Source: a virus
Taxonomy: Duplodnaviria; Heunggongvirae; Uroviricota; Caudoviricetes
IMG/VR virus record: IMGVR_UViG_3300032245_001714
Strand: one strand, 5' to 3'
DNA: 21,113 nucleotides
Shown here: in pieces, positions 1 to 6,754 of the stretch
Layout: each line of letters starts with the position of its first letter
Numbering within the stretch: the first letter of the stretch is position 1
Made by a program: the position numbers and the translations under genes
The notes under the pieces: generated by a model
Databases searched by the model: none
What the model was told of the DNA's origin: nothing
The model's input: only the letters and a program-made list of their open reading frames with translations

Positions 1-237
1 AGATCTCCAGGAGGGCCCGGCCACATGGGAGATGTCCATGCTGTCTATAATGACCATGAGACTAAGAACTAGACCAAGACCATCCAAGTCTAACCATGTG
101 TACAAAGTCATAAGGGAAGTGCTACCGCTCTCTAATCTCAAACCCAATGAAAGGTCTAGAAGAACAAAGATGCACGCGTACGGAACAAATACGTGTCCCT
201 CACCCACAAGAATGGCTCCTATAAAGATAAGAGCCAT
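1..237 (-). CDS. Partial hydrophobic ORF running off the window (MALIFIGAILVG...)
   Basis: My own translation: open frame from ATG at 237 to the window edge, hydrophobic, directly downstream of the holin-like gene. Start uncertain. Confidence 0.35.
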   Translation of the reverse strand, partial: MALIFIGAILVGEGHVFVPYACIFVLLDLSLGLRLESGSTSLMTLYTWLDLDGLGLVLSLMVIIDSMDISHVAGPSWRS

Positions 238-261
238 CCAAGTTAATTCTAAATAGTCATA

Positions 262-576
262 CTACACTGTCTTCTTAGCCTTCAAGAGGGCGAGTACGCT
301 CTGGACAATCTCCACAGAGTAAACACCATTGGCAACTAAACCAACACCAAGACCGTTTAACACAGTCCAAAGGACATCAGTCTCGGCGAAGAAACCTAGA
401 CCTTTCCACTGTCCTACAAATGCTAGGGCAATGGCTACCGCCCAAGTCATAGCCTGAGCCTTCCAGCCGTCCAATTTGAGGAGGTGGGTTTTGAGCCACC
501 CTGTAACTAAGGTCACCAAGCCAGCTAGAGCCAGAAGGGATCCGAAGTACGGAGCGAGATCAATTGTACCGTTCAT
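262..576 (-). CDS. Holin-like small membrane protein (~104 aa)
   Basis: Probable start MNGTID at 576; 3 hydrophobic segments and a basic C-terminus (LLKAKKTV), typical holin architecture. Family not confirmed. Confidence 0.5.
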   Translation of the reverse strand: MNGTIDLAPYFGSLLALAGLVTLVTGWLKTHLLKLDGWKAQAMTWAVAIALAFVGQWKGLGFFAETDVLWTVLNGLGVGLVANGVYSVEIVQSVLALLKAKKTV

Positions 577-653
577 AGTAAAAGGTTTTTTTTCACAGTT
601 CCCACGCTTCACGTGGTGGGTCTGCCGGACCATCCCTGAGGGAGATCCACGCT

Positions 654-661
654 TATATATT
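654..661 (-). promoter_or_regulatory. Late-promoter-like motif AATATATA
   Basis: Variant of the GATATATA motif found before 676..1230, 3941..4327 and 4518..5066. Confidence 0.35.
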
Positions 662-675
662 ACAGCTAAAAATTT

Positions 676-1230
676 TTAGAGATATCTCTTGAGCTTGTGG
701 TACTTGAGAAGAGCCTGAAGGTCTGGATCTGGGTTCTTAAGAAGCTCTGGGAGCACTTCGTCCTCAAAATAAGGTCTATCCATGTAATATGGAAGATCTC
801 CTGGGGAGTTGAGGATGGAGTTCACTATGTACATTTTGCTGCCCTTGGGTCTTCTGATGATGGCCTTAGGGTTGATGAACACGGACTCTAGGCTCTCAAT
901 CACCTCATAGGGATTAAAGCACCACACCGAGGTGTAGGAGGGAGTTTGGGACTTGGGACGGAAACCTGTCCACAGGTCTGGGGTTTCTGAGACGTCCGTG
1001 TGCTCGAAGTACCCGCTATCATGTAGGCTATCCAGCAGAGCAAACTCGTCAGGGAGGAATTCTGAAGCCCTGCTCCCGTTGATGGACTCGTAAACCTCCT
1101 GGGCAAACTCATTGAATGTGGCCGCCACCCCGATGTGGACATAGGTGGAACCAGCGGAGAACGCCAGGTAGAAGCCCTGCATTCTGAGGGAAGAGCTCTC
1201 TTGAAGGAAGTCGGAGTACTTGTGAATCAT
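676..1230 (-). CDS. Hypothetical protein, 184 aa, possibly virion-internal
   Basis: ORF track; N-terminus MIHKYSDFLQES resembles the T4 capsid-targeting sequence; GATATATA lies 4 nt upstream. Confidence 0.75.
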   Translation of the reverse strand: MIHKYSDFLQESSSLRMQGFYLAFSAGSTYVHIGVAATFNEFAQEVYESINGSRASEFLPDEFALLDSLHDSGYFEHTDVSETPDLWTGFRPKSQTPSYTSVWCFNPYEVIESLESVFINPKAIIRRPKGSKMYIVNSILNSPGDLPYYMDRPYFEDEVLPELLKNPDPDLQALLKYHKLKRYL

Positions 1231-1234
1231 GTGC

Positions 1235-1242
1235 TATATATC
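1235..1242 (-). promoter_or_regulatory. Late-promoter-like motif GATATATA
   Basis: Exact copy also at 4332-4339 and 5093-5100, each before a gene lacking TAnnTTTG. Confidence 0.5.
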
Positions 1243-1290
1243 AAAACTAACACATCCGGTGGGGAGATGAGAGATTAGATTGGATTAAGG

Positions 1291-1388
1291 TGAACCGAGT
1301 TGACTTGGTCATCAGGTGGGAGATTATGATGAACCTAGTTGACTTGGCCATCAGGTGGGAGATTATGATGAACCTAGTTGACTTGGCC
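1291..1388. repeat. 39-bp tandem repeat, 2.5 copies
   Basis: TGAACC(G/T)AGTTGACTTGG(T/C)CATCAGGTGGGAGATTATGA starting at 1291, 1330 and (partial) 1369. Confidence 0.9.
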
Positions 1389-1438
1389 TTTGGAGGGCTG
1401 AGCGTTTTTTAAACCGTTGGATTAGCCTATACGCAAGG

Positions 1439-1615
1439 CCCCCTTAACAAGTCCCCTAAAGGGTCCCCCAATTTAGATCCCCTAAGGGTCCCCTAACAAA
1501 ATGCCCACCTCCCTTAGCCATCCTCCCCCCTAAATAAGGATCCCCTATATAAGGGGGTTTATAGCCCTATACAAAGGACCCTGTTTTTACCCCCCTCCAC
1601 GATTTGGAAGGGGGG
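1439..1615. repeat. C/G-tract region with iterated RTCCCCTAA-like motifs
   Basis: About ten runs of >=4 C or G; (G/A)TCCCCTA at ~1451, 1478, 1488 and 1539. Confidence 0.7.
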
Positions 1616-1725
1616 TCTTTTTTTAGGAAAAAGGGAAAAAGGGAATCTCACCTGGATTTGCTTCGAAACCGAGGGCCTGCTGAAGCCGGGTAAATCCCAA
1701 GGATTCCCAAACAAAGCTCTCTTTG

Positions 1726-1826
1726 GGAACCGCTGATCCTGGGCATCGGGAGGGAAGAAGTTTTCCTCCTGGCTTGGAGGAGGAACCGTTGAATCCCCTT
1801 ACGCGAGGCCCCAGGTCAGCGGTTCC
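1726..1826. repeat. 101-bp element bounded by 17/18-bp inverted repeats whose outer 10 bp are palindrome arms
   Basis: GGAACCGCTGATCCTGGG (1726-1743) versus CCCAGG-TCAGCGGTTCC (1810-1826). Confidence 0.75.
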
Positions 1827-1831
1827 TGGAT

Positions 1832-1980
1832 TTAATCCAGGTTTAGGGGTTTTTGGAAATTTCCCAACTTTTCCCAACTCGCTCTAAATGCAAACCCGGG
1901 ACCGCAGCCTTCGGTTCCGCTGCTTAATCCAGGTTTAGGGTTTTTGGGAATTTTCCAATTTTTTCCCAACTCCTCTAAAA
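1832..1980. repeat. Degenerate direct repeat, 92-bp period
   Basis: TTAATCCAGGTTTAGGG(G)TTTTTGG...TTTTCCCAACTC at 1832 and 1924, with a remnant at ~2024-2048; each copy alternates with a palindrome. Confidence 0.85.
1898..1918. repeat. 21-bp palindrome (degenerate)
   Basis: GGGACCGCAG-C-CTTCGGTTCC. Confidence 0.6.
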
Positions 1981-1989
1981 CTCGATTGC

Positions 1990-2010
1990 GCCACCGTTGG
2001 CAACGGTTCC
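1990..2010. repeat. 21-bp palindrome
   Basis: GCCACCGTTG-G-CAACGGTTCC. Confidence 0.85.
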
Positions 2011-2060
2011 GGAACGGTATCCGCTTTTTGGGTTTTTGGGAATTCCTAAACTTCACTTAG

Positions 2061-2103
2061 CCCACACACAAAAAAAAGGCCTCGCAATCGCGAGACCCCT
2101 TTT
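2061..2103 (-). terminator. Intrinsic terminator, followed by GTGTGTGGG
   Basis: CTCGC/GCGAG stem plus T8 on the minus strand, just after the stop of 2118..2417. Confidence 0.8.
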
Positions 2104-2117
2104 GGTCTAAACACACA

Positions 2118-2417
2118 CTATTCCTTAAGCTCTTTTAATATCATTCTCTCTTCCTCCCAGCGGTCGGCTTGTACCTCTATGTCCTGATAGGAGTAGCCCC
2201 AGTTGGGAGAGTTAAAAGAATGTCGGTATTTTGATTCGGGTTCCTTTGGGGTAATTGACAGGATGGTCAAAGTGGACATTGCTAATGAGAGCAAGAAGCA
2301 AATTGACTGGATGACTGGCGACACCTGAGGCAATATGTGATTGTTGTTCATAAATGCGAATGCTCCTGCTAGGATGATGAAAAGGGTTGCGATGATGATT
2401 TTTGTTGATGTCTTCAT
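2118..2417 (-). CDS. Hypothetical membrane protein (2 TM, 99 aa)
   Basis: Start moved to MKTSTKII, downstream of the -7 box and the AAACACACA leader. Confidence 0.75.
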   Translation of the reverse strand: MKTSTKIIIATLFIILAGAFAFMNNNHILPQVSPVIQSICFLLSLAMSTLTILSITPKEPESKYRHSFNSPNWGYSYQDIEVQADRWEEERMILKELKE

Positions 2418-2438
2418 GATATGTGTGTTTTTGTTTTC

Positions 2439-2446
2439 CAAATGTA
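2439..2446 (-). promoter_or_regulatory. Bacteroidota-type -7 promoter box TACATTTG
   Basis: TAnnTTTG with TTTTTTAT 15 nt upstream. Confidence 0.75.
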
Positions 2447-2481
2447 AGACTTATTTCTAAGATAAAAAAATAATTTGAGAG

Positions 2482-2640
2482 TTATTTTATAAAAGTTATT
2501 GGGTCAATTTGCACGATGGTGTAGGCCGGGTAATTTAGTTTGGCCTTCTCTTTAGCCTCGTCCGGGGTCTTGGCCTGAACAACAACTCTTAGTGGGGAGT
2601 AGTGAATGTGCATGTAAACTATGAAAGTGTGTGATTTCAT
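2482..2640 (-). CDS. Small hypothetical protein, 52 aa (not in ORF track)
   Basis: My translation MKSHTFIVYMHIHYSPLRVVVQAKTPDEAKEKAKLNYPAYTIVQIDPITFIK; starts 11 nt after the upstream stop. Confidence 0.65.
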   Translation of the reverse strand: MKSHTFIVYMHIHYSPLRVVVQAKTPDEAKEKAKLNYPAYTIVQIDPITFIK

Positions 2641-2651
2641 GTCCGGGCGTT

Positions 2652-2879
2652 TTATTGGTTAACTAATCGAGTTGGCTGAGGGAGAGCCAAAAACTCTCTC
2701 TTGGGTTTAAAGGCCCAAAAGGCGAGGTAGATGTATAAGCCCATTGGCATGAGATAAAAGCCTAAGCGGACTTTCCAAGGAGCAACTCCTAATTCTGAAG
2801 CTAAGCCTTTGCAAACGCCGGCGCCGTAAGGGGATTCAAGTCTTTGAAATGTGTTAAGAGCGGAAAATAACTTTTTCAT
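2652..2879 (-). CDS. PspC-domain small membrane protein
   Basis: AGVCKGLASELGVAPWKVRLGF...GLYIYLAFW matches the PspC pattern GVCxGLAxxxGxDPxxVRxxF...YxxxW. Confidence 0.65.
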   Translation of the reverse strand: MKKLFSALNTFQRLESPYGAGVCKGLASELGVAPWKVRLGFYLMPMGLYIYLAFWAFKPKREFLALPQPTRLVNQ

Positions 2880-2931
2880 TTTTGTGTGTTTTAGACCGTA
2901 AAAGTAAAGCTTCTTTCTTGAATAAAAAAAT

Positions 2932-3096
2932 TTATTCCTGGGTTTTTTGTGAAATTATTTCCAAGGCTTTTTCTCTGGAATCTACAGGAATTAGCATTCC
3001 TTGTCCAACCACGTAAACCCCGTCGGAGAGTTCTAACGTTCTAAGTGGACCTGAGGTGTCGATGGATACCCCATCTGAAAATTTTAATATAGACAT
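2932..3096 (-). CDS. Small hypothetical protein, 54 aa
   Basis: True start MSILKFSDG follows the AAAACACACATC leader; the longer ORF-track call crosses a promoter and terminator. Confidence 0.75.
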   Translation of the reverse strand: MSILKFSDGVSIDTSGPLRTLELSDGVYVVGQGMLIPVDSREKALEIISQKTQE

Positions 3097-3116
3097 GATG
3101 TGTGTTTTTATTAACC

Positions 3117-3124
3117 CAAATGTA
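3117..3124 (-). promoter_or_regulatory. -7 promoter box TACATTTG
   Basis: TAnnTTTG plus upstream T-tract. Confidence 0.75.
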
Positions 3125-3205
3125 AGGAAAAGAATTTGAATAAAAAAATTATTATGGGATTTTTTTTGACCTTGCAGATTGGCTGCAAATCCGAATCGAG
3201 CTCGG

Positions 3206-3226
3206 GGAACCGTTGACCTCGGTTTA
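3206..3226. repeat. 21-bp palindrome (degenerate right arm)
   Basis: GGAACCGTTG-A-CCTCGGTTTA. Confidence 0.7.
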
Positions 3227-3322
3227 ATTGTAGAGAATTCCAAGAGGGTCAGGAAAGATTCCAAGAGATATCCAGGATATTCTAGAGTGTATCCAGAGGG
3301 AATCCAGAGTGTATCCAGGGTC

Positions 3323-3343
3323 GAAACCGTTGGCGGCAGTTTC
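3323..3343. repeat. 21-bp palindrome
   Basis: GAAACCGTTG-G-CGGCAGTTTC. Confidence 0.75.
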
Positions 3344-3386
3344 AGCAACAGAGCATGTGTTTGGGCATCAGAAGATTTGACGGGAA

Positions 3387-3419
3387 CCCACAAAAAAAGC
3401 TGGAGAATCTCCAGCTTAA
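3387..3419 (-). terminator. Intrinsic terminator + T7-GTGGG
   Basis: AAGCTGGAGA/TCTCCAGCTT stem. Confidence 0.85.
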
Positions 3420-3436
3420 ACTCTTTGACCTAAATG

Positions 3437-3775
3437 CTAACCTATGTTGATTACCTTCTCGAAATCGTTGATGCTCTCTAGGTGCTTTGAAAATATGGTG
3501 ATAAGTAAAGCATATGCAACGCCATAGTCCCTAGTTTGAATAGCTGTCTGTTTAATGAGGTTTGATCTCACAACCATATCTATCGATGGGATGTTGATAT
3601 CGTAAGTGTATATGAGCTTTAAATATAGCTGGTCGTTATTCTGAGAAGGAACTATCTCTAATACATCTGCATCACCAATCCACTCCGTGTGAATATGTGA
3701 ACCCGTTTCTTCTGCGAAACGTTTAACCAGTGATCTAATGTTTTCTTTATCTTCTGAATTCAATATCTTGTCCAT
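3437..3775 (-). CDS. Hypothetical protein, 112 aa
   Basis: ORF track; promoter upstream, terminator downstream. Confidence 0.75.
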   Translation of the reverse strand: MDKILNSEDKENIRSLVKRFAEETGSHIHTEWIGDADVLEIVPSQNNDQLYLKLIYTYDINIPSIDMVVRSNLIKQTAIQTRDYGVAYALLITIFSKHLESINDFEKVINIG

Positions 3776-3796
3776 TATTTCATCTTTTTAGAATCC

Positions 3797-3804
3797 CAAA
3801 TGTA
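3797..3804 (-). promoter_or_regulatory. -7 promoter box TACATTTG
   Basis: TAnnTTTG 21 nt before the ATG. Confidence 0.65.
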
Positions 3805-3845
3805 GATTGTTTCCTCGAGAGAGCTACGATAAAAAGATGGTAAAT

Positions 3846-3884
3846 GCGCCCGCGTGCGCACTATGTTATTACCATACTATGTTT
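3846..3884. repeat. 40-bp dispersed repeat, copy 1
   Basis: GCGCCCGCGTGCGCACTATGTTATTACCATACTATGTTT. Confidence 0.75.
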
Positions 3885-3940
3885 AAGGGATCTTGAAAAA
3901 GAAGAAATCCGCCGCGAATTCTCTGCGGATACATCTCGGA

Positions 3941-4327
3941 TTACAGTTGAGAACCGCTGGCACCCCACGGTAGGGATCCAGGATCCATAGGAGGATTCGG
4001 TAGGTCGTAGAGATATCCAATCTTGGAAGGTGTCTTAAGCGATTCTATCATGCGATCTATCTTGGCTTCCATTAAAGCCACAGCTGCTGTTCCACCTAAA
4101 ACCGTTTGAGTCCAACTCACTACTTGCTCTTGGGTTAAGTCCTGATAAGGAGTAAACACATAGCCGGAACCGCCGGGCGGTGGAAATGCACATGAACCCT
4201 TTAATTCTGCTGTGTATCCGTCCTGAGTTGATTCTAGTTTCCAAGAAGAACCTTTAACCACATTAACATAGCCTTCTCCAGTTGCTGCTGCGGTAATATT
4301 GGTGACCGTCCAAGTATAAGTTGACAT
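3941..4327 (-). CDS. Conserved phage protein, possibly tail/virion-associated (128 aa)
   Basis: FTPYQDLTQEQVVSW...LPW pattern recalled from a common phage family; GATATATA upstream. Confidence 0.7.
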   Translation of the reverse strand: MSTYTWTVTNITAAATGEGYVNVVKGSSWKLESTQDGYTAELKGSCAFPPPGGSGYVFTPYQDLTQEQVVSWTQTVLGGTAAVALMEAKIDRMIESLKTPSKIGYLYDLPNPPMDPGSLPWGASGSQL

Positions 4328-4331
4328 GTTT

Positions 4332-4339
4332 TATATATC
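4332..4339 (-). promoter_or_regulatory. Late-promoter-like motif GATATATA
   Basis: 4 nt upstream of the ATG. Confidence 0.5.
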
Positions 4340-4389
4340 CCGAAAAATAAAACCGAAATCTTGTAAATCCTGATTCGATTCAAAGCTGC

Positions 4390-4410
4390 GGAACCGTTGG
4401 CAACAGTTTC
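4390..4410. repeat. 21-bp palindrome
   Basis: GGAACCGTTG-G-CAACAGTTTC. Confidence 0.85.
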
Positions 4411-4458
4411 GGCTCTACTCACAGAGCAAACCTTTAGTAGTTTTCTCTTAGGGTTTAG

Positions 4459-4494
4459 CCCACAAAAAAAGACCTCGTGTGCGAGGCCCTTTTT
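4459..4494 (-). terminator. Intrinsic terminator + T7-GTGGG
   Basis: CCTCG/CGAGG stem. Confidence 0.8.
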
Positions 4495-4517
4495 AATGAA
4501 TTAACGTAAGATGTTTC

Positions 4518-5066
4518 TTACATTGACTTATTTGTAAATACCACTTTTCTTGGGAAAGATCTACCAGACATTGCCAATTTCATATAATTTGGCTCAAACG
4601 TACCAGCTGGGTATTCTGAGATTGAATAATATTCCTCTTCTGAACCAGCACCCCATATTCTAGAGCATTCGTCCTTTAAATAAGATTCAATCTCTGATGG
4701 GTTTAAAGAAGGGTCAATAAAAATTCTTACTATCCCTTCTCTCATGTCTTTAACATATTGTGAATTGTTTCCTGACATATAAGAGTAATCTTTTGGTGCG
4801 ACATTTGCTCCATTTTGGTCTCCTCCAAAAACTTCTTCTGAAATCATTCCTAAATCAGATTGAGGATCTGCTTGGTTCTCATATCCAGAAGGGATTGGTG
4901 ATCCAGCTGGCATATACTCACAGATAAAGGTGGCAGGTGCAATAAATTCGCCATCGAAAGGAACTGCAAATTTATCAGGATTCTCTAGAATTCCTGTCCA
5001 ATCTCCAGACACTATCAGTTGTGCTGGCGTTGACAAAAACGTCTCGAATAATTTTACGTGTTTCAT
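4518..5066 (-). CDS. Hypothetical protein, 182 aa, possibly virion-internal
   Basis: Start moved to MKHVKLFETFL; upstream extension overlaps the 5125 gene. Confidence 0.75.
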   Translation of the reverse strand: MKHVKLFETFLSTPAQLIVSGDWTGILENPDKFAVPFDGEFIAPATFICEYMPAGSPIPSGYENQADPQSDLGMISEEVFGGDQNGANVAPKDYSYMSGNNSQYVKDMREGIVRIFIDPSLNPSEIESYLKDECSRIWGAGSEEEYYSISEYPAGTFEPNYMKLAMSGRSFPRKVVFTNKSM

Positions 5067-5092
5067 GTTCTTATTTTTTTTATTGTTTTTTC

Positions 5093-5100
5093 TATATATC
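5093..5100 (-). promoter_or_regulatory. Late-promoter-like motif GATATATA
   Basis: 26 nt upstream of ATG 5066. Confidence 0.5.
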
Positions 5101-5124
5101 GTTTTTTTTTTGTTTTTCCTGCGA

Positions 5125-5625
5125 TTAAATCTTTTCGAAGAAATCGGAGGCTTTAAGATTGGATGAAGCGAGAACATACTCCAAGCAATCTGGTCCGAAA
5201 CCGGTGTTAATAGATTCTGGGTGGGTGAGTGGTAAACCACAACGGAAGCAATGGCCTTCGTGGAGAAGAGCAACTCCTTTATCCTTGAGGATCTGCGGTG
5301 TATCAAGCGCTTTCATAAGGAAAGCAATCACTCGCCCATACTGGGAATCGCTGGTGATGTCTTTGGCGAACTTGAACATCTTGGTTTCTTGGAAGAGGGT
5401 ACCAACAAAAACTGCTCCCGATTGCTTATCCCCTAATAGGGAAACATAAACGTAGAAGATGGGAAGCTTTTTCTTTCTGTCCTCCTTATCCCTTAACTGC
5501 TTGACCTTAACTGTCATGTGAGTCCCGGTCTGGGTGTTGCGGAAGGTGAGAACTGAGCGACCAGCAAAAAAGTATTGTGGAAGCTGAAGAGGGTTAACGT
5601 TGCTGCGGATGATTTTGCGTCTCAT
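5125..5625 (-). CDS. DUF6011-like protein with C-terminal Zn-finger-like motif
   Basis: CFRCGLPLTHPESINTGFGPDC matches the CxxCGxxLTxPESxxxGxGPxC pattern; start moved to MRRKII. Confidence 0.7.
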   Translation of the reverse strand: MRRKIIRSNVNPLQLPQYFFAGRSVLTFRNTQTGTHMTVKVKQLRDKEDRKKKLPIFYVYVSLLGDKQSGAVFVGTLFQETKMFKFAKDITSDSQYGRVIAFLMKALDTPQILKDKGVALLHEGHCFRCGLPLTHPESINTGFGPDCLEYVLASSNLKASDFFEKI

Positions 5626-5644
5626 GATGTGTTTGTTTAGAACA

Positions 5645-5652
5645 CAAATATA
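5645..5652 (-). promoter_or_regulatory. -7 promoter box TATATTTG
   Basis: TAnnTTTG plus upstream TTTTTTAT. Confidence 0.75.
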
Positions 5653-5696
5653 CAGCCTTTCCACCGGATAAAAAAATTATTTGGGTGAATTATTTT

Positions 5697-5945
5697 TTAA
5701 TCTTCTTCTCTATTAAATTGACAAAGGAAGCTTTCTACTTTGTCGTTCAGTTCTTTGTATTCTTTTTTTAATTTAGAATGATACCTTTGGTAATAATCTA
5801 GTCCATCAATAAGAGCCTGTTGTTCACTTTTAGCGTGTATTGCTATATTAAAACCAGCGACTTTATCCCAAAGATAATATCCATCAGTACATTCTGTTAA
5901 AGTTAATGTATCAGTTTTAAATACATTTCTGATTGCTTTTCCCAT
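5697..5945 (-). CDS. Hypothetical protein, 82 aa, C-terminal coiled coil
   Basis: ORF track. Confidence 0.7.
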   Translation of the reverse strand: MGKAIRNVFKTDTLTLTECTDGYYLWDKVAGFNIAIHAKSEQQALIDGLDYYQRYHSKLKKEYKELNDKVESFLCQFNREED

Positions 5946-5965
5946 TTTATTTTAATTCGTTTTTG

Positions 5966-6039
5966 TAGTCAGGACGGGACTCGAACCCGTAGCCTCGATG
6001 GTATAAGCATCTTGCGCTAACCAATTGCGCCACCTGACC
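5966..6039 (-). tRNA. tRNA-Ile (anticodon UAU)
   Basis: GGTCAGG-TG-GCGC-AATTGGTTA-GCGC-A-AGATG-CT[TAT]AC-CATCG-AGGCT-ACGGG-TTCGAGT-CCCGT-CCTGACT-A; cloverleaf folds; CCA not encoded; 27:43 mismatch. Confidence 0.85.
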
Positions 6040-6044
6040 TTAAT

Positions 6045-6082
6045 CGCTCGCGTGCGTGGTATCTTACTACCATACTATGTTT
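6045..6082. repeat. 40-bp dispersed repeat, copy 2
   Basis: CGCTCGCGTGCGTGGTATCTTACTACCATACTATGTTT, between a stop codon and the tRNA 5' end. Confidence 0.85.
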
Positions 6083-6524
6083 ACATGATGTGTTTTAGGA
6101 CGGTGTTGAATTTTCTAATCTTTTCAAACTCGTTCAAGTCAACTCCTTTTTTATTGAGATATCTGCGTAGGACAATTTCATCCTTAGGAGGATATTTGGG
6201 AATCGTTGATAATGCGGATAAAAAGCTTGAGCCTTCGGAGACAGCTTGAGCTATCTTAATAGAGGTGCGGATGCTAAAGCAATTATCTACTCTGCAGTTT
6301 GCTTCTCCCATCTCGTATTTGTGGAATGGGATTTTTGCTTTGGCATCTGATATAACATTTAGCTTAAATAGGTTGGCCACGATGCGCACGTGTCTAGTTG
6401 TTGTTCTTGAGAATTTTCCCTTCTCATAAATAGCTCCATCCTTAATCACTGCTACCACTGTGTCGTAGCTAATGACTTCGTTCTCTTTAATAAATAGGCT
6501 TGGCGATAATTTTAAGTTGCTCAT
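6081..6524 (-). CDS. Hypothetical protein, 147 aa
   Basis: Start moved to MSNLKL, downstream of the -7 box and AAACACACAAC leader. Confidence 0.75.
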   Translation of the reverse strand: MSNLKLSPSLFIKENEVISYDTVVAVIKDGAIYEKGKFSRTTTRHVRIVANLFKLNVISDAKAKIPFHKYEMGEANCRVDNCFSIRTSIKIAQAVSEGSSFLSALSTIPKYPPKDEIVLRRYLNKKGVDLNEFEKIRKFNTVLKHIM

Positions 6525-6542
6525 GTTGTGTGTTTTGTGGGA

Positions 6543-6550
6543 CAAAAGTA
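6543..6550 (-). promoter_or_regulatory. -7 promoter box TACTTTTG
   Basis: TAnnTTTG plus upstream T-tract. Confidence 0.75.
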
Positions 6551-6632
6551 ATGATTACCTTTCAATAAAAAAAATTCCAAGCTGGATATTTTCAGAATCG
6601 AATTTCGCTCAGCTGGTTTGCTCAGCTGGAGA

Positions 6633-6653
6633 GGAACCGTTGGCATCGGTTCC
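6633..6653. repeat. 21-bp palindrome
   Basis: GGAACCGTTG-G-CATCGGTTCC. Confidence 0.9.
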
Positions 6654-6697
6654 GCAGACGTCATATGACGTTTCAAGTGAGCACGTCACGAACTCAA

Positions 6698-6733
6698 CCC
6701 ACAAAAAAAACCCCAACCGAAGTTGGGATCTTT
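6698..6733 (-). terminator. Intrinsic terminator + T8-GTGGG
   Basis: CCCAAC/GTTGGG stem with CGAA loop on the + strand. Confidence 0.85.
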
Positions 6734-6754
6734 AACAAACAAACACACTAACTC

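Noticed and set aside
1291-1388. 39-bp repeats as a CRISPR array
   Set aside because: Units are contiguous with no unique spacers, and no cas genes are present.
1623-2056. ORFs 1623..1877 and 1832..2056
   Set aside because: Low-complexity translations of the repeat hub with no promoter or leader.
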